NCBI GenBank assembly: GCA_035253825.1
Contig: DATFBM010000033.1
Location: forward strand, 12,265-76,264
From: Acidimicrobiia bacterium
GTDB taxonomy: Bacteria; Actinomycetota; Acidimicrobiia; Spongiisociales; ZC4RG35
Direction: 5' to 3'
DNA length: 64,000 nt
A program made the position numbers and the translations under genes. Shown here in pieces: positions 1 through 9,569 of this stretch; the stretch's first letter is position 1, and every line of letters starts with the position of its first letter. Under the pieces are notes generated by a model, which was given only the letters and a program-made list of their open reading frames with translations, searched no databases and was not told the origin of the DNA.

Positions 1-1102
1 TGTAACCCGCCGCCTCGATGATCGGCGCCAGGTATTCGAAGAGGACCATGGCAGGCCAGCCAATCATTCCGATGCTGCCATGACGAGGATTGAAGAAGGA
101 ACTGCGAAAGTCACGGATCGCGGTCATCAATCCCCGATGCCAACGTATCCGCTGGCGGCGGAGAACCGCCCGAGTCGAGGGCACCTCGGTCCATACCACA
201 GCCGAGGGCGCATAGACCATCCGATAGGGCCGACCCAGTTTGCGGTAATGGCGATGGATTCGCATGGTCAAGTCCATGTCTTCGCCCATGTGGCCCGAGG
301 TCAGCCCCCCCACCTCCACCACTGCTTGGCGGAGAAAGATTCCAAAAGCGCCCGAGATCAACGGAAGGGCGTTCATCGCCGACCAGGCGGGTCGGGCAGA
401 TATGAATGAGCGGACATACTCGAGCACCTGCCAGCGCTCGATCCAGGTCCTCGGCACTTTTGCCTCGACGATGTGCCCGTACTTGACGACACATCCGTTG
501 AGGGGCCGGACGTTTCCGCCCACCGCTACCGTCCGATGGCGATCTTCAGCGACGTGTCTCATTGCTTTGACCAAAGCGGTGCCATCGATCAAAACATCGG
601 CATCGGTGATCATCACGTACGGATAGCGGGCAACATTGATTCCGGCGTTGATGGCATCGGCCCGCCCGCCGTTGACCTTGTCAACAACGGTGATCGAAAT
701 CGGTCGCCTGGTGTGATAGACCTGTCGAACCAGAGATGTGCGCAGGTTGGCTCGGAAGGGAAGCGGTACTGGCTCGAGCTTGAAGCTGGCGATCAGCTTT
801 TGCAGGGTGCCGTCCCTACTGCCGTCATTGACGATGACCACCTCGACTCGGGGGTAGCTGATCATGGCGATCGATCGCACCGACTCAACGATTCCCGCCT
901 CCTCGTTGTAGGCCGGAACGATGACGGAGACGGGGGGGCTGATGTCGCTGGCGAGCATGTCGTCGAGACGCCCGAAGCGTTCCAGCATCCGTTCCTTGTA
1001 GAGCGCGGTGGCGGCGATCGCGGCCAACGTCAACATGTAGAGCTGGAGAACAACGAAATAGCAGAGAACGACGGTGCCCACCACTCCGAGGATCCTGCTC
1101 AT
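1..1102 (-). CDS. Processive family-2 glycosyltransferase (PgaC/IcaA/NodC-like beta-glycan synthase). Only the N-terminal ~367 aa are present; the C-terminus lies off the left edge.
   Basis: My own reverse-strand translation from the ATG (rc of 1100..1102) gives MSRILGVVGTVVLCYF...PPVSVIVPAYNEE...VMITDADV...GHMGEDMDLT...RRQRIRWHRG. These are the D, DxD, ED and Q-x-x-R-W motifs of membrane GT2 synthases. It is missing from the ORF track only because no stop lies inside the window. The start overlaps the upstream stop (ATGA, 1099..1102). Confidence 0.85.
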   Translation of the reverse strand, partial: MSRILGVVGTVVLCYFVVLQLYMLTLAAIAATALYKERMLERFGRLDDMLASDISPPVSVIVPAYNEEAGIVESVRSIAMISYPRVEVVIVNDGSRDGTLQKLIASFKLEPVPLPFRANLRTSLVRQVYHTRRPISITVVDKVNGGRADAINAGINVARYPYVMITDADVLIDGTALVKAMRHVAEDRHRTVAVGGNVRPLNGCVVKYGHIVEAKVPRTWIERWQVLEYVRSFISARPAWSAMNALPLISGAFGIFLRQAVVEVGGLTSGHMGEDMDLTMRIHRHYRKLGRPYRMVYAPSAVVWTEVPSTRAVLRRQRIRWHRGLMTAIRDFRSSFFNPRHGSIGMIGWPAMVLFEYLAPIIEAAGY

Positions 1103-2193
1103 TCGCTCCCCTCCCGGGATCCGACTGCCAAAGCCGTGTCGGTGCCGGCGGGCAGCAACCTGAGCTCGGCCAATTGGTTGCGAGCCGCGTCGGCTGCGAA
1201 CCGATCCTCGGATGAAAGGGCTTTCTGCAATTGAGCCACACCGCCGGGCAACTCGCCCAGAGACTCAGCGGCGTTTTGACGAACCCACCATTGCGGGTCA
1301 GATAGCAGTTCGGATATCGCCGGCGCCACAGAGCCGTCCGCCAGCGACGCCAGGGCTCGCACCGCGCGAGCTCGGACCTCCCAGGAATCGTCGCCCAGAG
1401 CCTTGAGCAGTGCTCCTCGGGAGGTGTCGGAGGCGATACGTCCGAGGGCGGAGGCGGCGGCCACTCTCCATCCCAGGCGGTCGGTCTCAAGCATCTCAAT
1501 CAGCGTTGTTTCGGCGGAGGTCTCCCCGAGGAGGCCGAGCACTCGCGCAGCCTGACCCACGGTTTCGACGTGGCTCTCGTCTCCGTGCCAGTGCTCGAGA
1601 ATCCACTGGTTGATCGGCCGGACTGCTCGACGATCAAAGCTAGCGAGCGCATCGGCCAGACGCGCCGCCTCCCAGGGTCGAACCCGGGTGGCGAGATCGA
1701 GGATCAGCGGGATCGAGGCGACGTCGCCCAGCCGGGCGAGTCCATGAGCGGCGTGGGAGCGTACATAGTCGTTGCTATCGCCAAGCAGAAAACGCAGAAA
1801 CGGCACTTGGTCAGGACCAGCCAGCTCGACCAGGGCCGCGATCGCCCGCAGCCGCACCGCGCGGGGCCATCGTCGGCGGGCCCGCCTCTGGAGGACGTCC
1901 ACGATCCCCACCTCGGCGATCAGATGGTCGACGAACTCCCGCTCCTCCCCGCTCAGGAGGTGGCGGTATTCGATGACGGCATCCCCGAAAAGGGGATCCT
2001 CCGCCCACTGTCCGGGAGTATCAGTGGGGAGGAGTTTGCGGGAGATCATCTCTCCCAGGGCGGCGATGTAATGGGCGCTTCGAACCCCCCGCCCCTTGAG
2101 CATGATCCGATGGGCGAGTTTCACAGAGATCAGGGCCACCGAGGCCACGACGGTGGCCAGGGCGAGCACGGTCGTAACAAGGGAAAGGCCCAT
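1099..2193 (-). CDS. Membrane-anchored HEAT-repeat (PBS-lyase HEAT-like) protein
   Basis: N-terminal TM helix (LVTTVLALATVVASVALISV). Repeated D/S-x-x-VR-x-x-AA-x-x-LG units follow: DYVRSHAAHGLARLG, GWRVAAASALGRI, SWEVRARAVRALASL, QWWVRQNAAESLGEL. Translationally coupled to the GT2 gene. Confidence 0.75.
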   Translation of the reverse strand: MGLSLVTTVLALATVVASVALISVKLAHRIMLKGRGVRSAHYIAALGEMISRKLLPTDTPGQWAEDPLFGDAVIEYRHLLSGEEREFVDHLIAEVGIVDVLQRRARRRWPRAVRLRAIAALVELAGPDQVPFLRFLLGDSNDYVRSHAAHGLARLGDVASIPLILDLATRVRPWEAARLADALASFDRRAVRPINQWILEHWHGDESHVETVGQAARVLGLLGETSAETTLIEMLETDRLGWRVAAASALGRIASDTSRGALLKALGDDSWEVRARAVRALASLADGSVAPAISELLSDPQWWVRQNAAESLGELPGGVAQLQKALSSEDRFAADAARNQLAELRLLPAGTDTALAVGSREGSE

Positions 2194-2241
2194 ACCTTTG
2201 AATCGGCTCGGCGCGAGCCCGGCTGCAGCGGCTATTGAGGG

Positions 2242-2604
2242 CTATCGGTCCCGGAGCCGGCCGTTGATACGGGCTGTGAGCTCAGCCATGTTGACCGGCT
2301 TCCTGATGTAATCAGCGGCCCCCAGCTCAAAAGAGTGAACGACTGTGTCGTCGTCGTCGATGGCGGTGAGGACAAAAACCGGAAAGTCAAGCCCCTCTTC
2401 GCGCCAGGCGGCGATGATCTCGGTTCCCAGCATCCCGGGCATCAGCTGGTCCACGACCGCCAAGTCAAGGCCCGCCTCGGACCCGGTCCGCAGCGCCGCC
2501 ATTCCGTCGGCTACCTCGATCACCTCGTGACCGGCCGCCCGAAGGTGCCGGGACAGAAGTACCCGGACCGGCGCTGCGTCGTCTGCCACCAGGATCCTGG
2601 CCAC
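2242..2604 (-). CDS. Stand-alone response-regulator receiver domain (CheY-like)
   Basis: [11 protein letters not shown], acceptor Asp in [22 protein letters not shown] and ADYIRKP are all present. 120 aa with no output domain. GTG start. Confidence 0.9.
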   Translation of the reverse strand: MARILVADDAAPVRVLLSRHLRAAGHEVIEVADGMAALRTGSEAGLDLAVVDQLMPGMLGTEIIAAWREEGLDFPVFVLTAIDDDDTVVHSFELGAADYIRKPVNMAELTARINGRLRDR

Positions 2605-2661
2605 GAAGGAAGGGTACGCAAATGGGATGCTGAGCGCAGCAGATCGCTAGAAAGCTGGAAC

Positions 2662-5049
2662 ATGACACCCGTCGCATCGTCAACAGAGGCGGAGCATCCA
2701 TTGCCCCTGTCGAAGCAGGAGCTGAGTCGGATCGACGCCTACTGGCGTGCCGCCAACTACCTATCGGTGGGACAGATCTACTTGCTCGACAATCCGCTGT
2801 TGAGCGAACCCCTTCGGGTCGAACACGTAAAGCCCCGCCTGCTGGGTCATTGGGGGACGACTCCCGGCCTGACCTTCACGTACGTGCACATGAACCGGTT
2901 GATCAAGGCCCGGGACCTGAACGCCATGTACATCATCGGCCCCGGCCACGGAGGTCCCGGCATAGTGGCGATGGCCTACCTCGAGGGGACCTATAGCGAG
3001 ATCTTCCCTGACATCACTCCCGACGAGGATGGGATGAGGTTGCTTTTTCGGCAATTCTCCTTCCCTGGTGGAGTGCCCAGCCACGTTGCTCCTGAGACCC
3101 CGGGATCGATTCACGAAGGCGGTGAGCTCGGCTATGCCCTCGCCCACGCATTCGGGGCCGCGTTCGACAACCCCGATCTCGTTGTCTGCTGCATCGTGGG
3201 CGATGGCGAAGCGGAAACCGGTCCACTAGCCGCCAGCTGGCACTCGAACAAATTCCTCAACCCACGGACGGACGGAGCGGTTTTGCCGATTTTGCATCTG
3301 AACGGATACAAGATCGCCAATCCGACGTTGCTAGCCCGGATTCCCGAAGCGGAACTCGCCGCCCTCTTGACCGGCTGCGGCTACGCCCCACTCTTCGTGG
3401 CTGGAGACGACCCAGACGACGTCCATCAACAGATGGCCTCCGCCCTCGACAGATCTCTAGACGAGATCGCCACCATCCAGACGGCTGCCAGATCCGGCGG
3501 TGCGATTGAGCGGCCGACCTGGCCGATGATCGTTTTAAAAACGCCCAAGGGCTGGACGGGCCCTGTTCAGGTCGATGGCCTCCCCACGGAAGGCACGTCG
3601 CGTTCGCATCAAGTTCCACTGTCGAGCATTCGTTCTCGGCCAGAGCACCTTTCCCAACTCGAAGCATGGATGCGGAGCTATCGACCCGAGGAACTCTTCG
3701 ATGCCCGTGGCTCGCTGCGAGCCGAACTGAGGGAGCTGTCTCCCCGCAAAGACAAGAGAATGAGCGCCAATCCCCATTCCAACGGCGGGCTTCTGCTGAG
3801 TGACCTCACCATGCCGGACTTCAAGGACTACGCCATCGAGGTCCCCAAGCCAGCGGTCATGTTCGGGGAGGCGACCAAAGTGCTGGGAGGTTTTCTCCGC
3901 GATGTCATCGCGGAGAATCCCACCGACTTCAGGTTGTTCGGGCCTGACGAGACCGTCTCTAATCGGCTCGGCGCCGTCTTTGAGAAGACCAATCGCACCT
4001 GGATCGCGCAGACGTTGCCAACGGACGAGTACCTCTCGCCCGACGGGCGCGTTATGGAGGTGCTTTCCGAGCATCTATGCCAAGGTTGGCTGGAGGGCTA
4101 CCTGCTCACTGGCCGACACGGCCTGTTCAACTGCTACGAAGCCTTCATCCACATTGTCGATTCAATGTTCAACCAGCACGCCAAATGGTTGAAGACCACC
4201 CGTGAGATCCCATGGCGAAGGCCCATTGCGTCGCTCAACTATCTGCTTAGTTCGCACGTGTGGCGTCAGGACCACAACGGGTTCTCGCATCAGGATCCGG
4301 GCTTTATCGATCATGTCGTCAACAAGAAGGCCGAGGTCATCCGGGTGTACTTGCCGCCGGACGCCAATAGCTTGCTGGCGGTTACCGACCAATGCCTACG
4401 CAGCCGCAATTTCGTCAACGTCATCGTGGCCGGAAAACAACCGGCCTTGCAGTACCTGTCGATGGAGGACGCCATCCTTCATTGCACCCGGGGAATCGGC
4501 ACGTGGCAGTGGGCGAGCAACGACGAGGAGGACGAACCCGATGTTGTGCTGGCTTGCTGCGGCGATATCCCCACTCTTGAGACTCTCGCCGCCGTGGACC
4601 TAATACGTCAGCATCTCCCCGACCTCAAGGTGCGGGTAGTAAACGTCGTCGATCTCATGCGCCTACAAACCGAGTCCGAGCACCCGCACGGCATGTCGGA
4701 TTCGGAATTCGACTCACTCTTCACCACGAACAGGCCAATCATCTTCGCCTATCACGGCTATCCCTGGCTGATCCACCGACTTGCCTATCGCCGCACCAAT
4801 CACCCGAATCTGCACGTGCGCGGTTACAAGGAAGAGGGCACGACCACAACTCCATTCGACATGGTCATGGTGAACGACCTCGATCGATTCCATCTCGTCA
4901 TGGATGTGATCGACCGAGTCCCAGGGTTGGGAGCCAGGTACGCCGGACTTAGACAGACCCTGGGCGATCTTCGGGTCCAACATCGTGCCTACACCCGTGA
5001 GCACGGCGAGGACTCCCCCGAAATCCGCGACTGGGTTTGGCCCTACTAG
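2662..5049 (+). CDS. xfp: Xylulose-5-phosphate/fructose-6-phosphate phosphoketolase
   Basis: MTPVASS...[18 protein letters not shown]...[11 protein letters not shown]...GPGHGGPG...HEGGELGY; ~795 aa. The upstream part of track ORF 2335..5049 is antisense to the response regulator and is discarded. Confidence 0.93.
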   Translation: MTPVASSTEAEHPLPLSKQELSRIDAYWRAANYLSVGQIYLLDNPLLSEPLRVEHVKPRLLGHWGTTPGLTFTYVHMNRLIKARDLNAMYIIGPGHGGPGIVAMAYLEGTYSEIFPDITPDEDGMRLLFRQFSFPGGVPSHVAPETPGSIHEGGELGYALAHAFGAAFDNPDLVVCCIVGDGEAETGPLAASWHSNKFLNPRTDGAVLPILHLNGYKIANPTLLARIPEAELAALLTGCGYAPLFVAGDDPDDVHQQMASALDRSLDEIATIQTAARSGGAIERPTWPMIVLKTPKGWTGPVQVDGLPTEGTSRSHQVPLSSIRSRPEHLSQLEAWMRSYRPEELFDARGSLRAELRELSPRKDKRMSANPHSNGGLLLSDLTMPDFKDYAIEVPKPAVMFGEATKVLGGFLRDVIAENPTDFRLFGPDETVSNRLGAVFEKTNRTWIAQTLPTDEYLSPDGRVMEVLSEHLCQGWLEGYLLTGRHGLFNCYEAFIHIVDSMFNQHAKWLKTTREIPWRRPIASLNYLLSSHVWRQDHNGFSHQDPGFIDHVVNKKAEVIRVYLPPDANSLLAVTDQCLRSRNFVNVIVAGKQPALQYLSMEDAILHCTRGIGTWQWASNDEEDEPDVVLACCGDIPTLETLAAVDLIRQHLPDLKVRVVNVVDLMRLQTESEHPHGMSDSEFDSLFTTNRPIIFAYHGYPWLIHRLAYRRTNHPNLHVRGYKEEGTTTTPFDMVMVNDLDRFHLVMDVIDRVPGLGARYAGLRQTLGDLRVQHRAYTREHGEDSPEIRDWVWPY

Positions 5050-5060
5050 CGGGGGTCGCT

Positions 5061-6167
5061 TTGAGGATCCTTGTAGTCAACGCCGGTTCGAGCAGCCTCA
5101 AGCTGCGGGTGATCGACGGTGACGACAACGTCGTTCATTCCTCCGACCTGCCGGCGATCGGAAGCGGTACCGGGCCGAAGCAGATCGCCTCGGCGCTGGC
5201 CGGGTGGAGGTCAGTCGAGGGTGTGGGCCACCGCATCGTGCATGGCGGCAACACCTTCTCAGGACCCGTCGCAGTCGATGGAGACGTCGTCCAACAGCTC
5301 GCCCGGCTGGTCGACTTGGCCCCGCTCCACCAGCCGATGTCATTGGCGGCTTTGGATGCCGTTACCGCGGCGCTGCCTTCGGTGCCAGCTGTGGCATGTT
5401 TCGACACCGCCTTCCACGCCGGCCTCCCGCCGGCGGCGGCGACATATCCGCTTCCCCGTCAGTGGAGGGAGCGATGGGGCCTGCGACGCTTCGGGTTTCA
5501 CGGATTGTCACACTCGTATGCGGCCGCAAAGGCCGTTGAGCTGATCGGCCGGCCCCTAGAGGGCACCTCCATCGTCACCTGTCACCTCGGAGCCGGGGCG
5601 TCGTTGGCGGCGGTTCGCGATGGCCGTTCGGTCGACACCACGATGGGCTTCACCCCCCTCGAAGGCTTGATGATGGCGACCCGTTCGGGTTCGATCGACC
5701 CCGGGCTCCTGTTGTGGTTGGCAAACACGGTCGGTATGCCGGGGCAGGAGCTTGCCAAAGGACTTGAAGAACAATCGGGGTTCTTGGGCCTAGCGGGGAC
5801 TGCCGACATGCGCGAGGTATTGGCTGCATCCGAAGCTGGGAATGCCGACGCTCAGTTAGCCATCGATGTCTATCTCCACCGGCTGCGATCGGGCATCGCG
5901 GCGATGACGGCGTCGCTGGACGGGCTCCATGGGCTGGTGTTCACCGGAGGCGTGGGTGAAAATTCGGCGCTCATCCGGAAACGTGCCCTCGAGGGGCTGC
6001 AGCACCTCGGGCTGGCCATCCATCCCTTGAAAAATGACGAGAACTCTGGCGACCGGATAATCAGCCCGTCTCGCGCCGCGGTCCGAGTGGTAGTGGTCTC
6101 AGCCCGTGAGGATCTCCAGATCGCCCGCGAGGTTCGGCTATCACTTGCCCCACGGACTCAGCCCTGA
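5061..6167 (+). CDS. ackA: Acetate kinase
   Basis: LRILVVNAGSSSLK at the N-terminus, plus FGFHGLSHSY. The start is TTG at 5061 (or TTG at 5037, overlapping the end of xfp). Confidence 0.9.
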   Translation: MRILVVNAGSSSLKLRVIDGDDNVVHSSDLPAIGSGTGPKQIASALAGWRSVEGVGHRIVHGGNTFSGPVAVDGDVVQQLARLVDLAPLHQPMSLAALDAVTAALPSVPAVACFDTAFHAGLPPAAATYPLPRQWRERWGLRRFGFHGLSHSYAAAKAVELIGRPLEGTSIVTCHLGAGASLAAVRDGRSVDTTMGFTPLEGLMMATRSGSIDPGLLLWLANTVGMPGQELAKGLEEQSGFLGLAGTADMREVLAASEAGNADAQLAIDVYLHRLRSGIAAMTASLDGLHGLVFTGGVGENSALIRKRALEGLQHLGLAIHPLKNDENSGDRIISPSRAAVRVVVVSAREDLQIAREVRLSLAPRTQP

Positions 6168-6304
6168 TGCCAGCAACTTGTGCCAGCATCTTTCTCGTGG
6201 CAGGCCACATTCCGTTCTCAAGCTAATGAGAAGGTACGTCCTAGCAGGAACAGCCCGTGAGCGGATCTAACTCCTAGCTGCCAAGCCGCGGCATTCGAGT
6301 CTGA

Positions 6305-6490
6305 TCAATCGTCGGCTACTACGAAGCCGACTATCCGGCGCAGGTTGCGGTCGATGTCTCGAGCTTTTCGATCGAGCCGCGCCACGTTTCGTAGTTCGTG
6401 ACCCGCCGCCTGCTTCCTGGTACGGAGGCGATGCTTTGACTGTCTCAACTTTTCCTGAGCCGCAAAGAAGCGCTCCTGCCGAGAGCCCAT
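6305..6490 (-). CDS. Possible small basic coiled-coil protein (61 aa), function unknown
   Basis: The internal ATG at 6490 is preceded by GGAGA 5 nt upstream. Sequence: MGSRQERFFAAQEKLRQSKHRLRTRKQAAGHELRNVARLDRKARDIDRNLRRIVGFVVADD. I recognise no family. Confidence 0.35.
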   Translation of the reverse strand: MGSRQERFFAAQEKLRQSKHRLRTRKQAAGHELRNVARLDRKARDIDRNLRRIVGFVVADD

Positions 6491-6691
6491 GTCCGTCTCC
6501 CGTCTCCGACTTGTACCGAAGCGGCCGCTCGAGAGTCGGACACCCAAGCCTCCGCCACGGTCTTCTACCCGGTTGCGCTTCCTTTTATGCATCGCAGTGC
6601 AACCCCGCGGTCAGGGAAATACCTGATGGGAGTAGTCATCTGACCGGGCCATCCCCAATAGGCAAATGGGCTCGGAATCCATGTAGTTGCC

Positions 6692-7756
6692 GTGATGGGA
6701 AACGTCACCACCCTGCTTCCGAGCGCACCCGAGGTTCCTCGTCCATGGAAGAGCACCGCCGGGAAGTGGTTGCGAGGCCTGCTCATGCTGGTATCGCTGG
6801 GATTCCTCTTGAGGACCGGGATCGTGAACTTCCCGATCATCAGGGAGGCATCTCGTCAAGTGGCGGCCGCCAATGCCGGCCTGATCGCCGGGGCGCTGAT
6901 GCTCGAGACGGTGTGGACCTACTCGCTCTCCAACGTCTACCGACAATCGCTCATCGCTCAGGGAGGCCGGATGAGCGCAGGGAGGGCTCTCCACATTTCG
7001 ATGGGGGCGTTCTCACTGAGTCGGATGCTGCCCGGCGGGGGCGCGGCCGGAAGCATCTTCGCGGCCCGGGAGATGGTTCGAATCGGAAACGACGTCCCGA
7101 CCACCGTGACGTCAATGCTTTTCTCCTGGTGGATCTCAGTGACCACTCTTGCCGGGCTCGTCGTGATTGGATCCGGCTTGGGAGTCGTCGCCGGAACCGT
7201 TCCCACCGCCTACGTCGTCGGCCCCGCCCTAGCGCTCGCCGTCCTGGTAGCCATGGGAGGAGCAGCACAGATGGCAAGAGGGAGCGTGGGATTCCGCACT
7301 CTCGTGGGCGCTCGGGTCGACCGCCTCGCCGGCCGATACGGTCTCCCATCATCGTCTCGAACCTGGGACCGCCTCGCTCCCAGTCTGCACGGTATGGCTC
7401 GGACTGCCGGATGGGCTTTGACGAGTTGGGTGAGCGACGCCGCTGCCCTCTGGTTGGTCTTCGCCGCATTCGGGGAGTTGCTCCACCCCGGGGTGCTGAT
7501 GGTCGGATACGGCCTGGCGAATCTGATCAATGCCCTCCCCGAGCTGACCCCGGGTTGGCTCGGGGTCATGGAATCTGCCCTGGCCGTGGCCTACGCAGCT
7601 CTTGGGGTCCCCGCGGGAATAGCGATGATGGCAGTGCTCGCCTACCGGCTCCTCTCCTACTGGTTGCCGGTCGGGGTGGGGCTCGTCCCTGGGTTGAAAA
7701 TGCTGCGCGCTGCCCCGGGCCTTCAGACGGCAACTCCGCAAAGGCTGGCGGCCTGA
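6692..7756 (+). CDS. Flippase-like polytopic membrane protein (lysyl-phosphatidylglycerol synthase TM-region / UPF0104 family)
   Basis: Multi-TM protein. It has the family-typical AFSLSRMLPGGGAAGSIFAAREM motif and the C-terminal NALPELTPGWLGVMESAL...LAYRLLSYWLP motif. Confidence 0.75.
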   Translation: MMGNVTTLLPSAPEVPRPWKSTAGKWLRGLLMLVSLGFLLRTGIVNFPIIREASRQVAAANAGLIAGALMLETVWTYSLSNVYRQSLIAQGGRMSAGRALHISMGAFSLSRMLPGGGAAGSIFAAREMVRIGNDVPTTVTSMLFSWWISVTTLAGLVVIGSGLGVVAGTVPTAYVVGPALALAVLVAMGGAAQMARGSVGFRTLVGARVDRLAGRYGLPSSSRTWDRLAPSLHGMARTAGWALTSWVSDAAALWLVFAAFGELLHPGVLMVGYGLANLINALPELTPGWLGVMESALAVAYAALGVPAGIAMMAVLAYRLLSYWLPVGVGLVPGLKMLRAAPGLQTATPQRLAA

Positions 7757-8571
7757 TGCCCGGGCCAATTGGTCTCCTGGGCGGACTCGAGCACTACCCC
7801 CTAACCGAGTCCCTCGACCGCCAACTGCTCGAGGAGGTTGGGGTGTGTTCGCCGTCGGTGATCGTGCTTCCGTTCGCCTGTCTCCCCTGGCAGGAAGTGG
7901 CCGCAGGAGAACTGGCCCGATCCCACTGGACTCGGATCGGCGCCCGGGTGAGGGTGCAATGCCGCCAACGTGGAATTCCTGATTTGGCCACTCTCGGCGC
8001 GATTCGCAACGCCGATGTGATCGTTCTTCCAGGGGGCGTTCCCCACCGTCTCCTCGGAGCACTGGTTGGGACCCTGCTGTGGGAAGAGGTCGCCGATCGA
8101 TGGCGGGCTGGCGCCGCCGTAACCGGGTCCTCTGCCGGGGCCATGGCGCTTTTCGAGAAGCGCGTCGCCCTCGACCCGACCAACCTTTTGCGACTCGTAC
8201 CGGGCTTGGGACTGTTGGCCGGCTACGTGGCGGGCCCGCATTTTGATCGGCTTCATGTCCGCCGATGGCTCGCCTTGGCGCTCGGTCGAGTCGCCCCTCT
8301 CGGAATACTCGGACTCGACGAGTCGACAGGCCTGGTCGGGCGGCCGGGTGCCATGAAGGTCCTGGGAGCCGGGTCAGTGACGATCGCAGAGCGAGATCGG
8401 GTCGAGACTTATGGGGCCGGGGCGGTGATCGATATCGACCTCGTCAACCGAAGCAGCGTCGCATCTGAGCGATTACTCGCTCAGAGGGATGAACCGAGGG
8501 CGAGGATAGATCCTGAATTGCATCGCGATGCGCGACCCTACAAGCCGAGTCGACTTGGAAAGACGAATTAA
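7756..8571 (+). CDS. Peptidase S51 family (cyanophycinase / dipeptidase E-like, class I amidotransferase fold)
   Basis: In-frame ATG at 7756 overlaps the preceding stop (TGATG). Motifs: VIVLPGGVP and the nucleophile elbow VTGSSAGAMA. The upstream two thirds of track ORF 6436..8571 is a shadow frame over the flippase-like gene. Confidence 0.7.
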   Translation: MPGPIGLLGGLEHYPLTESLDRQLLEEVGVCSPSVIVLPFACLPWQEVAAGELARSHWTRIGARVRVQCRQRGIPDLATLGAIRNADVIVLPGGVPHRLLGALVGTLLWEEVADRWRAGAAVTGSSAGAMALFEKRVALDPTNLLRLVPGLGLLAGYVAGPHFDRLHVRRWLALALGRVAPLGILGLDESTGLVGRPGAMKVLGAGSVTIAERDRVETYGAGAVIDIDLVNRSSVASERLLAQRDEPRARIDPELHRDARPYKPSRLGKTN

Positions 8572-8623
8572 ATCCAGACCCGCGTTTGTGCGAATCCGCT
8601 TTGCTACCCGAAAGCCAACGGCC

Positions 8624-8752
8624 TCAGGCCGTCAGGGCGGTTATGACGTAGAGCGCCAGTCCCAACCAGCCGAAACTGACCGTCCCCAACTTCACATTGA
8701 AGGCGGCTATGAGGAAGCAGATCACAGCGAGGATCAGTAGAACGGTGTCCAT
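8624..8752 (-). CDS. Possible 42-aa two-helix membrane peptide (below the ORF-track size cutoff)
   Basis: My translation: MDTVLLILAVICFLIAAFNVKLGTVSFGWLGLALYVITALTA. Codon third positions are mostly G/C. No strong SD. Confidence 0.4.
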   Translation of the reverse strand: MDTVLLILAVICFLIAAFNVKLGTVSFGWLGLALYVITALTA

Positions 8753-8822
8753 GCCATCAGAGTACGGCAGGAAGTTTTCCGCGCTCGGTATTGTCCCGAG
8801 GGACTGCTGGGCAAGAATCCTC

Positions 8823-9038
8823 TCAGATCTGGGCGGCGGTTCTCCTGATCGGGTCGGTCTTAGTTCGGCGGAGTTCCTCGGGCCGAATGAAGCGAGAGCT
8901 GGGCTCGCTGGCCGCGGTCCCCTTGCTGTAGGTCGGATGGTCGACCTGGCTGGTGGCCTTTAGGGTCGTTTTTCTCGTATAGGAGCTCTCATGATGTACG
9001 AACCTGAGGTTGGATTCAGACCGAGGAAAGGCCCACAC
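8823..9038 (-). CDS. Possible small protein, unknown function
   Basis: In the 3' 48 codons, 40 end in G or C by my count. The overlapping plus-strand ORF shows no such bias. GTG start with no SD, so the N-terminus is uncertain. Confidence 0.3.
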   Translation of the reverse strand: MWAFPRSESNLRFVHHESSYTRKTTLKATSQVDHPTYSKGTAASEPSSRFIRPEELRRTKTDPIRRTAAQI

Positions 9039-9142
9039 TTAGGCGACTGATTCGACATCACGTCGGCTTCTTTTGGTCCGTTCTTCGTCGCATCGCGCGA
9101 CTTGCCAGGGTTAGCTTGAGATCGAAGGGAAGGGAGTATCTG

Positions 9143-9478
9143 ATGAGGCGAGTCGTCGTCCTTATGGCAATGGTGTTTGTGATGTTGGCATTGGCAATTC
9201 CGGCTCCCGCGGCCATTCACGAAATGGTGGCGGCGTATTGCAGCGGTGGCGGTCATGGCGCAATTGACACCGAGGGATTCCTTGAGCCGCCCGGGATTTC
9301 GGATTTCACTGAGAAGAACTTTGCTCAACCTGTCATATCGAATGGTGTCGTGGCTGAGATTGGTGGCCTACCAATCGTGCAAGATCGACCAGCGGCGAAG
9401 TACCCAGCCGGATCTATCGCCTTCGATCTGCCCGAGCCGGTACACCCGAGTACCAACTGCGCGGCCCTTCAGCCGTAA
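9143..9478 (+). CDS. Small secreted protein, unknown function
   Basis: The ATG at 9143 is preceded by GGGAAGGGAG. Signal peptide MRRVVVLMAMVFVMLALAIPAPAA. The mature part contains two Cys. Confidence 0.6.
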   Translation: MRRVVVLMAMVFVMLALAIPAPAAIHEMVAAYCSGGGHGAIDTEGFLEPPGISDFTEKNFAQPVISNGVVAEIGGLPIVQDRPAAKYPAGSIAFDLPEPVHPSTNCAALQP

Positions 9479-9569
9479 ACCGTCCCCCGGGCGGATCCAC
9501 TGACCGAGCCCCTGGCTTACCGAGCTCGGCGAGCCGGGGAGCTGAGCGCTTTTTCGGGTCTGGGGCTTA

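Noticed and set aside
2335-2661. Upstream extensions of track ORFs (xfp 2335, era 27079, holA 40422, ppk2 43944, SBP 58357, permease 60996, GH3 62251, ECF 21501, glyQS 20261, leuS 48463)
   Set aside because: The track reports the most upstream ATG/GTG/TTG. The extensions overlap neighbouring genes and lack family-typical sequence. Internal starts coincide with ATGA/TGATG coupling or conserved N-termini.
6436-7755. N-terminal 440 codons of the 711-aa track ORF 6436..8571
   Set aside because: The translation is R/G/S/P-rich low-complexity sequence. It lies in a different frame over the well-supported flippase-like gene. Only the part from ATG 7756 has protein-like (S51 peptidase) sequence.
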